DNA of 63,931 bases, the filler included, from an uncultured bacterium (GTDB lineage: Bacteria; Latescibacterota; UBA2968), in assembly GCA_964471275.1 (NCBI GenBank). It is 3 parts of 3 records of this genome, joined end to end, with 100 filler letters (N's around TTAATTAATTAA, not from the genome) between each part and the next. Parts side by side here need not be neighbours in the genome. Positions count along the whole stretch, not along the records: positions 1 to 22,024 come from CAYYGZ010000051.1; 2 more parts are not named here. One strand, given 5' to 3'. The translations under genes were made by a program, and so were the position numbers. This document shows positions 1-9,293 of this stretch, one piece after another. Numbering within the stretch: position 1 is the first letter of the stretch; the number at the start of each line of letters is the position of its first letter. The notes beneath the pieces are model-generated. The model saw only the letters and a list, made by a program, of their open reading frames with translations. It was not told the DNA's origin and searched no databases.

Positions 1-458
1 TTTCTATGTCCCATATCCTAACTTTAGAGCTGGTAACATTCTAGGGGGGCAGGTCTGGTGCATTCTACAGAATTTTGACTATTGTAATCGCTGGCGTGAC
101 GTTGATGGGGGTGTCCTATACCTATGCGCTACAGAGGCGACATCTTCGGGAATTCCCACCGAGTTGACAGGATTGGCACGATGTCCGAAAGACGGAGTTG
201 GTTTGAGACCTGTGAAACGGTAATTTGCACACGCCCGAGCATTACATAATCCCTTCGGAATCCTTCTCCTTCAGGGCGGTAAGTCTGTGTCCCATCCCGG
301 TCTGCGTAGCGGAGATTGCTGCCCACACGCTACGGCGTGGGTGGGCGATTCTTGCGATGGGACCACGCTTCCGTTGTGGCGAGGAGTCTGGTATACCGGT
401 CGTTCTCCGCTGATTGGATTGAAACTAACCCAGAGCGATAGAAGAATAGGAGTGCCCT

Positions 459-1439
459 TTGTCTGCTACTTTCTCAGAAACTGAACAAGCATTGCTCGAT
501 GTTCTCCAGACCGAATTTCCTGTCTGCGACAGACCCTACCAGATTGTTGCAGAGGAGGCTGAATTGGTGGAATCCGAAGCGATCGAAGAAACGAAGCGAT
601 TGCGTGCCTCTGGGTTGATACGTCAGATCAGTGCCATATTCGATACGCGGAAGCTCGGCTACAAGAGCGCCCTGGTAGCCGCTGCCCTTCCACCGGAGCG
701 ACTGGAGGCGGGAGCGGCAGTCGTCAGTGACCATCCCGGCGTGAGCCACAACTACGAACGTGAGCACGATTTCAATCTCTGGTTTACGCTGGCCGTTCCC
801 CCGGGGAGAGATTTCGATGAAGAACTGAGTGATCTGGCGAGTCGCGCGCGGTTCGTGAAGTGTCGGCCGCTACCCTCGCTGAAGGTCTTCCGGATCGGTG
901 TGCGGTTCAATGTCGGTTCAGGTAGCTCAAAGCGGAAGCGGGTTCAACCGTCGAGCGGCAAGACTTCGGCACCACTGACGGAGTTCGATATACAGATGAT
1001 TCGTGAGCTCCAGGAAGATCTGCCTGTTGTGCCCCAGCCGTATGCCGCTATGTGCAAGCGGCTCGGGGTCACAGTCGATGAACTCGCGAAATGGGCGAAG
1101 GATGCCCAGTTACAGGGCCGATTGCGCCGTGTGTCCGCGGTTCTGAGACATCGCCAGGCTGGTTTCAAAGCAAACGCGATGGTTGTTTGGGATGTTCCGG
1201 ATGATCGTGTCACCGAGATCGGTGAGTTTTGTGCAGATATCGACGAGGTAAGCCACTGCTACGAACGTCCGACTTTCGATGACTGGCCCTATGCACTCTA
1301 CACAATGATTCACGGGAAGGAGCCGGCCGACTGCGATCGGGTGATCGGTCAGGTGGTTGATCGGTTCGGCGACTTCGACCGCGCTATTCTGTATTCGATT
1401 CGGGAATTCAAGAAGGAGCGTGTGAAGTATTTTGTCTGA
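459..1439 (+). CDS. ahbAB: Fused siroheme decarboxylase AhbA/AhbB (NirDL-like, two AsnC/Lrp-type modules)
   Basis: Two repeated modules (LQTEFPVCDRPY...VSHNYER...FNLWFT; LQEDLPVVPQPY...RHRQAGFKANAMVVW...VSHCYERP...YALYTMIHG); AGGAG upstream of TTG. Confidence 0.9.
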   Translation: MSATFSETEQALLDVLQTEFPVCDRPYQIVAEEAELVESEAIEETKRLRASGLIRQISAIFDTRKLGYKSALVAAALPPERLEAGAAVVSDHPGVSHNYEREHDFNLWFTLAVPPGRDFDEELSDLASRARFVKCRPLPSLKVFRIGVRFNVGSGSSKRKRVQPSSGKTSAPLTEFDIQMIRELQEDLPVVPQPYAAMCKRLGVTVDELAKWAKDAQLQGRLRRVSAVLRHRQAGFKANAMVVWDVPDDRVTEIGEFCADIDEVSHCYERPTFDDWPYALYTMIHGKEPADCDRVIGQVVDRFGDFDRAILYSIREFKKERVKYFV

Positions 1440-1478
1440 GGGTGTGGAGTTGGTCCGGTTGAGTGGACAGTTTTTGAT

Positions 1479-2021
1479 TTGGGCTATTGTATGCAGTTTC
1501 GAAGTTCAGGGGTGATGCAGGATCTGAGTATACTGGAGTATGCCGATTCTCTGGCGATGAGTGATATCGTGATGGCCTGGTCGGTGACAGAGTCGGATGC
1601 GCCGAGCAAGTTCGGGCGAGGAGACCTTCGAGTGATTCCGATGCCGCACCGGCTGTATCGATCGGACCAGGCGGTTTACGTCCACTACGAAGCTTACAAT
1701 CTCGCTCCCGACCGGTTTGGTCAAACGAATTACAAGGTGTCCTACACCGTTCGGCGAGATGTGCGACGATCTCCAGGGCTGTTCGGTGCGGTTGCGGCGG
1801 GCATGCGAGAACTTTTTGGCCGCAAGGAAGAGGCGCTCGGTGTGTCGTATGAGAGAATCTGTGACCGGGACGGGGAACGGATCTATTTCGGTATCGAGCC
1901 GGAGAGGCTGAAGGCGGGGTGGAATCAGATCGAAATCCGGATCGATGACCTGATCGGACAGAACACGGTGTCCAAGAAGGCCATGTTCCGTATGTCTCCC
2001 GGGCCCGAGAGCGGGACATGA
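1479..2021 (+). pseudogene. C-terminal remnant resembling the tail domain of GWxTD-domain proteins
   Basis: LAMSDIVMA...RGDLRVIPMPHRLY...VYVHYEAYNL...GQTNYKVSYTV; no N-terminal domain or clear RBS. Confidence 0.5.
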
Positions 2022-2112
2022 CTGAAGCGTCAGGATCGTGCGACCGGGCGCATCTACTGGCGGTTTCTGATTGAAAGCGTCCTGCCTGTGCAGCTCGGCG
2101 ATATCGGGTTAT

Positions 2113-3438
2113 CTAAGCGGCCTTACCACAACAACGCTTGAACTTATTGCCACTCCCACACGGACACGGATCGTTACGACCTACCGATTTTCTAGCCGAC
2201 TGGATCTGCTGTTCCCGCCACTTCACCCACTGCATCACGCCTGATGCCGGTCGTCGCTGGTGCACTTCGTTCGCCATGAATTTCATGTAGGGATCGATGT
2301 GCGTGAAGAAGGACTTGTATCCCCGGCAGAAGAAGTTCAATCCCTCCTCGCCTGACGGCGTCTTGATGAAGCGGTGTTTCGGGCACCCGCCGTTGCAGAC
2401 AAATCGCATATCACATTTCCGACAGTATTCGGGCAGCGTATCCAGCTTGTCCTGACCGAACTTCTTCTGATGATCACTCTGAACCATCTCGGCGATCGTT
2501 GTGTCGTGGACGTTTCCGAGGTTGTGTTCCGGGTAGACGAAATGGTCGCAGGAATAGAGGTCTCCGTTATGCTCGATGATCAGTGCGTCGCCACAGGTTT
2601 CAGCGAACACGCATAGACTGGGCTCCTGGCCCATCCACGCTCCAAGCGCCATGTCGAAGATCTGGACAAAGATCTGCCCGACGTCCTTGCGAACCCATTC
2701 ATCAAAGACCTGATTCAGGAATCTTCCATACTGATCTGCGGGCAGAGCCCAGGGTGTGACGCTGGCGTTGCCCTCAAAGGCTGGAGCGATCAGGGCAAGT
2801 CCTTCCTGGTCTGGCTGGTGTGCCGTTCGCTCGACGATCGGGATGAACTGCATGAAAGTGCTGCCCAGTTCCTTCAGGAACCGGTAGACCTTCAGAGGGT
2901 GCTGGACGTTGTGTGACTGGAGTACGGTCAGGGTGTTGAACTCGACGTTGTGGCGTTTCAGTGCTTCGACACCCGCGACGACCTGATCGAATGTCGGTTT
3001 GCCGCCCTTGTCCAGACGGTAGTGATTATGAACTTCCTCTGGACCATCGATCGAGACGCCCACCAGAAACGCGTGCTCGTGCAGGAACTCTGCCCACTCG
3101 TCGTCGAGCAGGATGCCGTTGGTCTGGAAGGCGTTTGTGATCCGCTTGCCGTCGGCATACTGTGCCTGAAGCTCGACGGCCTTGCGGAAGAAGTCGAGTC
3201 CCATGAGTGTGGGCTCTCCGCCCTGCCAGGCGAAGTTGATCTCGGGCACGCTCTGTGCCTCGATATACTGGCGGACATAGGTTTCGAGCGTATCATCCTT
3301 CATCCGCCACTGCTTCCGATCATCCGGATACAGCATCTCCTTTTCGAGATAGAAGCAGTAGGTGCAGTCGATGTTGCAGACAGCCCCGGAAGGCTTGGCC
3401 ATGACGTGAACGGCGCGGGAAATGGTGTCGACAGGCAT
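2113..3438 (-). CDS. Anaerobic sulfatase maturase (radical SAM/SPASM) with C-terminal SEC-C motif
   Basis: CNIDCTYCFY, WQGGEPTL, SPASM cysteines (C...YSCDHFVY...CRKC..RFVCNGGCPKHR), GRNDPCPCGSGNKFKRCC. Confidence 0.95.
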   Translation of the reverse strand: MPVDTISRAVHVMAKPSGAVCNIDCTYCFYLEKEMLYPDDRKQWRMKDDTLETYVRQYIEAQSVPEINFAWQGGEPTLMGLDFFRKAVELQAQYADGKRITNAFQTNGILLDDEWAEFLHEHAFLVGVSIDGPEEVHNHYRLDKGGKPTFDQVVAGVEALKRHNVEFNTLTVLQSHNVQHPLKVYRFLKELGSTFMQFIPIVERTAHQPDQEGLALIAPAFEGNASVTPWALPADQYGRFLNQVFDEWVRKDVGQIFVQIFDMALGAWMGQEPSLCVFAETCGDALIIEHNGDLYSCDHFVYPEHNLGNVHDTTIAEMVQSDHQKKFGQDKLDTLPEYCRKCDMRFVCNGGCPKHRFIKTPSGEEGLNFFCRGYKSFFTHIDPYMKFMANEVHQRRPASGVMQWVKWREQQIQSARKSVGRNDPCPCGSGNKFKRCCGKAA

Positions 3439-3558
3439 TCACTTACCAATGACGGGTGATAAATGACAGAGGACAGGCCCGGGCGCAAGCCCGCAACCGA
3501 CTGTGAGGAATCCAGTCCGGCTAAAAATGCGGTTTGAGAGGCAGAATGACCAGACTTT

Positions 3559-3573
3559 TGTGACAATGTCACA
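3559..3573. promoter_or_regulatory. Palindromic operator candidate TGTGACA-A-TGTCACA between divergent anSME and ccmH
   Basis: Perfect 7-bp arms read directly. Confidence 0.45.
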
Positions 3574-3620
3574 GACCGCAGCCGCCGATCCGGGGCTTGT
3601 CTAGAAAACAAGCGGAAGGG

Positions 3621-4049
3621 ATGGTTGACGTGATTGGTGTGCTTCTCCTCGTCGGAACCGTGTTCGGGGCTTCCCTGGACGACACTGCGAGGGCGATCGA
3701 GCGACAGGTAGTGTCGCCCTGCTGCTACAGCCAGACGGTAGATCAGCACCGTTCCGGTGCAGCGAGCGACGTGTGCAAAGAGATTCGACGCCTGCTTGGT
3801 GAGGGGTATACCGAACAAGCCGTGATCGATGCGCTCGTAGAAGGCTACAGGACGAAGATTCTGGCGGTTCCGGGGTCGAAGAGGTTCAACGCATCGATCT
3901 GGTGGATGTCGGTGGCAGTGGTGGGGCTCGGGGCGATCGGATTGAGGGCCTATCTGAGCAGAACCGCGTCTCAGGAACGACAGAATCCAGGCGTCGCGCC
4001 CCGATCGGGTGCGGCGCCTTTTGTATGGCTACCAGGACAAGATTCCTGA
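3621..4049 (+). CDS. ccmH: Cytochrome c biogenesis protein CcmH/NrfF-like
   Basis: Signal peptide, SPCCYSQTVDQHRS..A....EIRRLLGEG.TE...Y...ILAVP, then a TM helix. Confidence 0.75.
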   Translation: MVDVIGVLLLVGTVFGASLDDTARAIERQVVSPCCYSQTVDQHRSGAASDVCKEIRRLLGEGYTEQAVIDALVEGYRTKILAVPGSKRFNASIWWMSVAVVGLGAIGLRAYLSRTASQERQNPGVAPRSGAAPFVWLPGQDS

Positions 4050-4129
4050 TCCCTATGCAGACGACCTTCGTCCTGCTCTCGTGGTTGGTATGTCACCTTA
4101 AGTAATTGTTAAAAAAGAGTTTAGTTTGG

Positions 4130-4157
4130 TTGACGTGTGCGTGGAATCGTGTATGAT
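4130..4157 (+). promoter_or_regulatory. Sigma70-type promoter TTGACG-N16-TATGAT, 7 nt before ATG 4165
   Basis: Direct reading; no SD before the ATG. Confidence 0.55.
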
Positions 4158-4164
4158 ACTCGGT

Positions 4165-4932
4165 ATGGATTCGTTTCTTGTCGATAGCCTGGTCGCAGGG
4201 CTGGCCGCGAGCGTCGCCTGTGGTCTGGGTGCGGTTCCGCTTGCCTTCCCAGGCCTGAAGGTCGAGAGCCGCATTGGGCTTGGGTACGGACTGGCCGGCG
4301 GTTTGATGTTCGCGGCCTCGGTCTACAACCTGATACTCCCTGGTCTGCAAATCCAGAATGGGACTGATCTGGATCAGGTCCTGCAGCTGATTGCGGGAAT
4401 CCTGGCCGGGGCAGGTTTTCTGTGGGCTGTGAACAAGGGGCTGACGCCGAAGCGGGTTCAGTCTATGCGTTGGTTCGGATCCCGCCAGGAGATCCTGATT
4501 TTCATCGCCATGGGATTCCACAGCATCCCGGAGGGCGTTGCGGTCGGCGTGGGCTACGCTTCGTCCGAGCGTCTGATCGGGATGGAGGATCTGGGCGCGA
4601 CTATCGCTCTGGCGATCGGTATCCACAACATACCGGAAGGGCTTGCAGTCGCCATTCCGATGCGTGCGGCAGGCTCAAGTCTGATCCGCTGTTTCCTTGC
4701 AGCATTTCTGACCAGTCTTCCGCAACCCCTTGCCGCCGTTCCCGCCGCAGCCCTGGTCTGGTTCTTCGAGCCGTTGATGGTTCCCTTCCTTGGCTTCGCG
4801 GCCGGGGCTATGATCTTCCTCGTTCTGCTCGAACTCCTTCCTGATGCGCTCCAGCGACGGTACCCCATTGAGATTGCCTGGTCGTTTGTAGTCGGTTTCT
4901 GCCTGATGATCCTGGTGCAGGTGGTTCTGTAG
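4165..4932 (+). CDS. ZIP-family (ZupT/GufA) divalent metal transporter
   Basis: Multi-TM protein with HSIPEGVAVG and IHNIPEGLAV motifs, GFAAGAMI. Confidence 0.92.
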   Translation: MDSFLVDSLVAGLAASVACGLGAVPLAFPGLKVESRIGLGYGLAGGLMFAASVYNLILPGLQIQNGTDLDQVLQLIAGILAGAGFLWAVNKGLTPKRVQSMRWFGSRQEILIFIAMGFHSIPEGVAVGVGYASSERLIGMEDLGATIALAIGIHNIPEGLAVAIPMRAAGSSLIRCFLAAFLTSLPQPLAAVPAAALVWFFEPLMVPFLGFAAGAMIFLVLLELLPDALQRRYPIEIAWSFVVGFCLMILVQVVL

Positions 4933-5088
4933 AGGAGCGCGTGGGGCTGGGGGCAGGGAGGGGCGCCAGGCAAGACACGCTGAACATCCGGGGCCGGCCA
5001 AGACGACGTCGTGATGGGACCATCCGTGGCGATTGGTTAAGCGGGTGGGGTATTGTCAATGTGGACATGCTGAAGGAAAGGAGGATGT

Positions 5089-5241
5089 GTGAGGAACAGA
5101 CGAACACCACTGGGACCCGTGATCGCACTGGCCTCGGGCACATTGGTTGCCCTGTGTGCCTGGAGAGCCGTGCGCCGCATGATGCATCACCTATTGCCGG
5201 ACTGGCCGGTCTGGGATGCGCGAACGTTCGGATTCGATTAG
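5089..5241 (+). CDS. Small single-TM protein (50 aa) MRNRRTPLGPVIALASGTLVALCAWRAVRRMMHHLLPDWPVWDARTFGFD
   Basis: Strong AAGGAGG SD before GTG; basic N-terminus plus hydrophobic helix; below ORF-track cutoff. Confidence 0.45.
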   Translation: MRNRRTPLGPVIALASGTLVALCAWRAVRRMMHHLLPDWPVWDARTFGFD

Positions 5242-5292
5242 CGAAACCTGGCTGGCCCGAACAGCAGTCCGCCTGCTGCAAGGAGGCCGAAG

Positions 5293-6024
5293 ATGAATCG
5301 TCTGATTGTACTGTGTTGGATTTTTGTACCCACAATCTGTATGTGCTCTCTCCTACAGGCAGGTACGCGGATACTCGTTTTTCCGTTCGAAGCGGACAAC
5401 AGTGTGCCTCGCTGGGAGTGGCTGGGACCTGGTCTCGCGGCCGAGATCGAGCTCAGGCTGCTTCACGTTGCCTCCGTCGAAGTCGTCAGACAGCCCGAAT
5501 ATGTAGCCCTCAAGCAGACGCTCCGTGTCGCACAGGCGACGGGTGTCGATGCTTTTGTGAGAGGAAGCTACCGGATTGTCGGTGATGCCGTTAAGGTAAC
5601 GGCGGAAGTGATCAATACCGAGACCCCTGATCTGCCGCGCTCGTTCAGAGGTTCTGCCCCGACGACCAACCTTCTGCGTGCGCTGAACGATCTCTGTAAG
5701 TCAATCCCCGTGGTAACAGGCACACGATTGATGCGCGAGGAATACGGGCTGCTGGATAACCCGACGACATCGAATCCCAGGGCATTCGAGTCGTATGTTA
5801 CCGGCATCACGCCCATCGCTATGAATATGATGAACCCTGTGGGCGCTCAGGACAGTCTGGTTCCGGCGATCGTCTCGCTCCTGAAGGCTTCGGATCGGGA
5901 CCCCGGCTTCTACGGAGCACACTACCAACTGGGTTGGATACACGAACTATCTGCCAATCACACACGCGCGATTGAAGTCTACGCAGAAGCCCTGAAGCGA
6001 GATCCCAAGATCTGGAGAATCTAG
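5293..6024 (+). CDS. Exported TolB-N/FlgO-like plus TPR protein, possibly 3'-truncated
   Basis: Signal peptide, ILVFPFE...WLGPGLA...GSYRIVGDAVKVTAEVI, TPR-like C-terminus ending mid-repeat at TAG. Confidence 0.6.
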   Translation: MNRLIVLCWIFVPTICMCSLLQAGTRILVFPFEADNSVPRWEWLGPGLAAEIELRLLHVASVEVVRQPEYVALKQTLRVAQATGVDAFVRGSYRIVGDAVKVTAEVINTETPDLPRSFRGSAPTTNLLRALNDLCKSIPVVTGTRLMREEYGLLDNPTTSNPRAFESYVTGITPIAMNMMNPVGAQDSLVPAIVSLLKASDRDPGFYGAHYQLGWIHELSANHTRAIEVYAEALKRDPKIWRI

Positions 6025-6119
6025 GTCGCGATCGATCGGCTGCGGGGTAGTGCAGCAGCCGCACTCTAGGAAATCACCCGGGGAGGGAAGATCCGGCGAA
6101 GAACGCTCGCTCGCCAGGC

Positions 6120-6922
6120 ATGGAGGACAACGTGGACTGGGCTAGCAGGTTATCGATCCTTTTGGTATTTTCCGTGATCTGCGTCGTGCCGGTTGACGCC
6201 GAGGACTGGGTCGGACCTCAGGACGTGGATGTGTATAACCGAGCGTGTCGAAAGTGCTACGGCTCGGCAGGCGACGGACGCGGGTTCGAAGCCTGGATGA
6301 TGGGCATTAAACTGCGCGACCTGAGCGCGGGGACATATAAATACAGTTCCAAACCCTCAGGCGCACCAACATCCGAAGATGTGGAGCGAGTGATCGGGCA
6401 GGGCATACCTCGAACCTCGATGCCTCACCACACGATGATGTCGGCTGCAGATAAAGCAGCTGTTGTGCGATACCTGAGACATCGTTTTCCTGAGCAGTAT
6501 GCGGATTCAACATCGGTTGTGGAGATTCCCAATGTGCCGGTAAACCGGATGACTCCCGCATCCGTCGCGCGCGGCCGACATTTGTTCCGGCGCGACCAGT
6601 GTCACGGTCATGAAGCCCTGGCGATGGGCCAGCAGCCAGGATACTCCCGAATGATGTCTGGGGAGAGGGTCAGAATCCTGCGGATCTGACGAAGATGCTG
6701 AATTCGGGACCGATACCGCAAGATGTGAATCGAACAATCTTCACCGGGCTTGCCGGAACCGCCATGCCGACCTACGGCGATGTGTTCCGCGAGGCCGATG
6801 GCACAGTCGTTCGTGAGGGGGATGCGTAGCATCTTGTTGCCTACGTTCTCTCATTCTCCGCACGAGTCGACGCAGACGGCAGATGCCCCTCGTATTCAGA
6901 TGTCTGGCTTCAATTGCCGTAA
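6120..6922 (+). pseudogene. Di-haem cytochrome c pseudogene
   Basis: Haem motifs degenerate (CRKCY, RDQCH); frameshift near 6615 after which GDGPAA...NPADLT...RTIFTGLAGTAMPTY resumes; in-frame TAG at 6827. Confidence 0.8.
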
Positions 6923-6930
6923 AGGAGACG

Positions 6931-7872
6931 ATGGAAGAATCGTATCGCCACGTTTTCGGGCCGCTCTCGTCCAGCCGGCTCGGCGTTTCGCTCGGGGTCA
7001 ACACGATCCCGTTGAAGACCTGTAACCTCAGCTGCGTTTACTGTCAGCTGGGGCGGACGAACAGGATGACGAATACACGGCGCGATGCCGTTGACCCCGA
7101 TGAAATCCTGACTGAGATGCGTCACGCAATCGGACGGTATCGGGACACGATGGACACGGTGACTTTTGCGGGCGAGGGTGAACCCACGTTGTGTTTGAGT
7201 CTTGGTCGGCTGATCCGGCAGGCAAAGCAGATGACGGATCTGCCGGTCGCGGTGATTACGAATGGGACGCTGTTCTGGCAGCCCGATGTTCGGGACGATG
7301 TTCTGGAGGCAGATGTTGTTATCCCGTCACTGGACGCAGCGGATGTCCACACGTTCCAGAAACTCAATCGCCCGCACAGACGTCTGCATCACGATCGGAT
7401 CATCGATGGGCTGGCGGCCTTTCGGCAGATGTTTTCGGGTGACATGCGGATCGAGGTGATGTTGATCGCAGGCGTGAACGATACCGATGCGGCGCTGATG
7501 GCGCTTCGCGAGGGTATCCGCCATATACAACCGGACAGTGTGTATCTGAACCTTCCCTTCCGCCCGGCAGCCGAATCGGATGTCCGCGGTCCTCGGACAG
7601 ACCGGATCCAGCGGGCGTGGGAGATGCTCGAGGATATCTGTCCAGTTGAGCAAGGGTTTGGCACGGGACGGAAGTTCCGGGTAGCCATGGATGCCGATGC
7701 GGTACGGCGGCTTGCACGCAGCCATCCAATTTCGGTCGAGCAGGCAAAGGCTGCACTTGGCGGTGCAGCGAACAGTCGTATCGAGACGCTGATGGACGAT
7801 GGGGAGATTGTAGAGGTAAAGAAGGGCAACGCAGCCTATCTGCGAGGCGGTGAGGTGCCGGACCAACCTTAG
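6931..7872 (+). CDS. Radical SAM protein, COG0731-like (function unknown)
   Basis: AAGGAG SD; FGPLSSSRLGVSLGVN...CNLSCVYCQLG; GEGEPTL. Confidence 0.85.
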   Translation: MEESYRHVFGPLSSSRLGVSLGVNTIPLKTCNLSCVYCQLGRTNRMTNTRRDAVDPDEILTEMRHAIGRYRDTMDTVTFAGEGEPTLCLSLGRLIRQAKQMTDLPVAVITNGTLFWQPDVRDDVLEADVVIPSLDAADVHTFQKLNRPHRRLHHDRIIDGLAAFRQMFSGDMRIEVMLIAGVNDTDAALMALREGIRHIQPDSVYLNLPFRPAAESDVRGPRTDRIQRAWEMLEDICPVEQGFGTGRKFRVAMDADAVRRLARSHPISVEQAKAALGGAANSRIETLMDDGEIVEVKKGNAAYLRGGEVPDQP

Positions 7873-7961
7873 CTTCGGTTTAAGACCCAATAACGGTACC
7901 TACTGATTTCTGTTCCTGTCGGGTGACTCCAGTTTGACATCATCGACTGGCAGGAGGTCTG

Positions 7962-8096
7962 ATGCTACAAGAAAATGATGCTGCGGAGTCTTTGCCTTGC
8001 GACGTTCAGTCGATTCATCCTCGGTTGCGTCAGGCAGGTTTGTGCCTGGGGCCTCCCCGCACTGTCAGCAGACCCGAAGCGAGATGCCATCACTGA
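7962..8096 (+). CDS. Possible 44-aa small ORF (MLQENDAAESLPCDV...RCHH)
   Basis: AGGAGG SD before ATG; no family recognised. Confidence 0.25.
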   Translation: MLQENDAAESLPCDVQSIHPRLRQAGLCLGPPRTVSRPEARCHH

Positions 8097-8120
8097 GGCT
8101 GAGGCATCGGAAGCAGGACC

Positions 8121-8429
8121 GTGAAGACAACAAGACCCTACGGATCCTGGGAACTCAAGCGGATAGAATCTGGTGGCCGACACCGGGATGTGCGGTGTGG
8201 ATACCAGCTCAGCTTTGGTCGATCAGGACGGTACTCAATCTGTTTTTCGGGTAACAGGACCGCAAAGATTACTGGGCACTTTGAGGTGGATGGCGAGCGT
8301 ATCAGCCGCTGGGTCGATCCAGGTTTACAGTTGCTCGATTTTCGTTTCCGGATAGAGGATGGTCATTTGCGTCTGGTCTTTCCTGACGGCAAAGTATTCA
8401 GCTTTGACCGTTTGGGGAGCACCGAATAG
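8121..8429 (+). CDS. Hypothetical small beta-rich protein, lipocalin-like or gene fragment
   Basis: YGSWEL...GHFEVDGE...FRFRIEDGHLRLVFPDGKVFSFDR pattern. Confidence 0.45.
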   Translation: MKTTRPYGSWELKRIESGGRHRDVRCGYQLSFGRSGRYSICFSGNRTAKITGHFEVDGERISRWVDPGLQLLDFRFRIEDGHLRLVFPDGKVFSFDRLGSTE

Positions 8430-8470
8430 GCTACGAGACCGATGGGACTGATGAGCGATACGGAGGATGA

Positions 8471-9040
8471 GTGAGAACAAACCTGATCATTCTAATCAGC
8501 TTGGTTGCTATGAGTGCGCCTGCTGATACACAGGTCAGTTGGTGGAAATGGCCAGGGAAGTGGGTCGGGAGCAAATTTCGGAAGGCGAGAGAAGGGAAGC
8601 TTGCGCCCTCGCCCCTCGGCCAGACTCTCGATGGTCAGTCTCGAACGGCAAGCGACTACAGGAGCAAGAGCCTTCTGGTCTCGTTCTGGGCGCCCTGGTC
8701 ACCTCCCTGTCTCGCCGGTCTGGATCGTCTGGCTGAATTAGAGCGGAGATATGGCGAGGAGCGGGATACCGAAATCCTGGCGGTCAGCGTGCTCACCGAA
8801 AGAGTAAATCTGGATTCGTTTCTGTCGGACCATACCTATCTGCTGACCTTTTTGCACGACGCTCACGGCGACGTGGCGAAGGCGTACGGTGTCGTCAGCC
8901 TGCCGACGACCGTGCTCGTCAGCGAAGCAGGTATCGTCCTCCGGAAGTGGCAGGGCGCAGGAGAGATGGCTGATCTCGAATGCCAGGTGGGCGAGTATTT
9001 CGCCGAGAGATCAAGGATCAGGCAGGAGGAATCGGGGTGA
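8471..9040 (+). CDS. TlpA/ResA-like thioredoxin-fold protein with SxxC active site
   Basis: Signal peptide, LLVSFWAPWSPPC, YGVVSLPTTVLV; GGAGG SD. Confidence 0.85.
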   Translation: MRTNLIILISLVAMSAPADTQVSWWKWPGKWVGSKFRKAREGKLAPSPLGQTLDGQSRTASDYRSKSLLVSFWAPWSPPCLAGLDRLAELERRYGEERDTEILAVSVLTERVNLDSFLSDHTYLLTFLHDAHGDVAKAYGVVSLPTTVLVSEAGIVLRKWQGAGEMADLECQVGEYFAERSRIRQEESG

Positions 9041-9293
9041 TGCGATGATTGACGCTCCTGGTGGGAGTGACGAGAACTTCTAAAACTTTTCCCGCAGAGA
9101 CGCGGGGGACGCAGAGCGAACCCGGTTTGGAGGTTGGGGTGGTCCTGAACTTGGTTTACGAATGCGTTCGTCAGGACACGGCAGGCAGTTTTCCTGCGCT
9201 CTTGGCGTCCTTGGGATTCATTCGGTTTTCGTATTACGGTTGACGATAGGGGAGGAGAGATGAACGGGCCGGGTTGTCGGGAGGGCAGCTCGG

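Noticed and set aside
165..350. Hairpins with GAAA/TACG loops and a CRISPR-repeat-like GTTTGAGAC...TTGCAC
   Set aside because: Single occurrence, no array or cas genes, and no riboswitch consensus recognised; an Infernal/Rfam scan would settle it
2113..3438. Operonic link between anSME and the intact sulfatases
   Set aside because: They lie on different contigs; a functional link is plausible but not positional
4941..5585. Cys-rich 214-aa ORF
   Set aside because: Overlaps a better-supported gene; Arg/Cys-rich composition typical of an off-frame read
6931..8096. RiPP system (radical SAM plus small peptide)
   Set aside because: The enzyme has no SPASM or RRE domain, the peptide shows no precursor pattern, and no transporter or protease is adjacent
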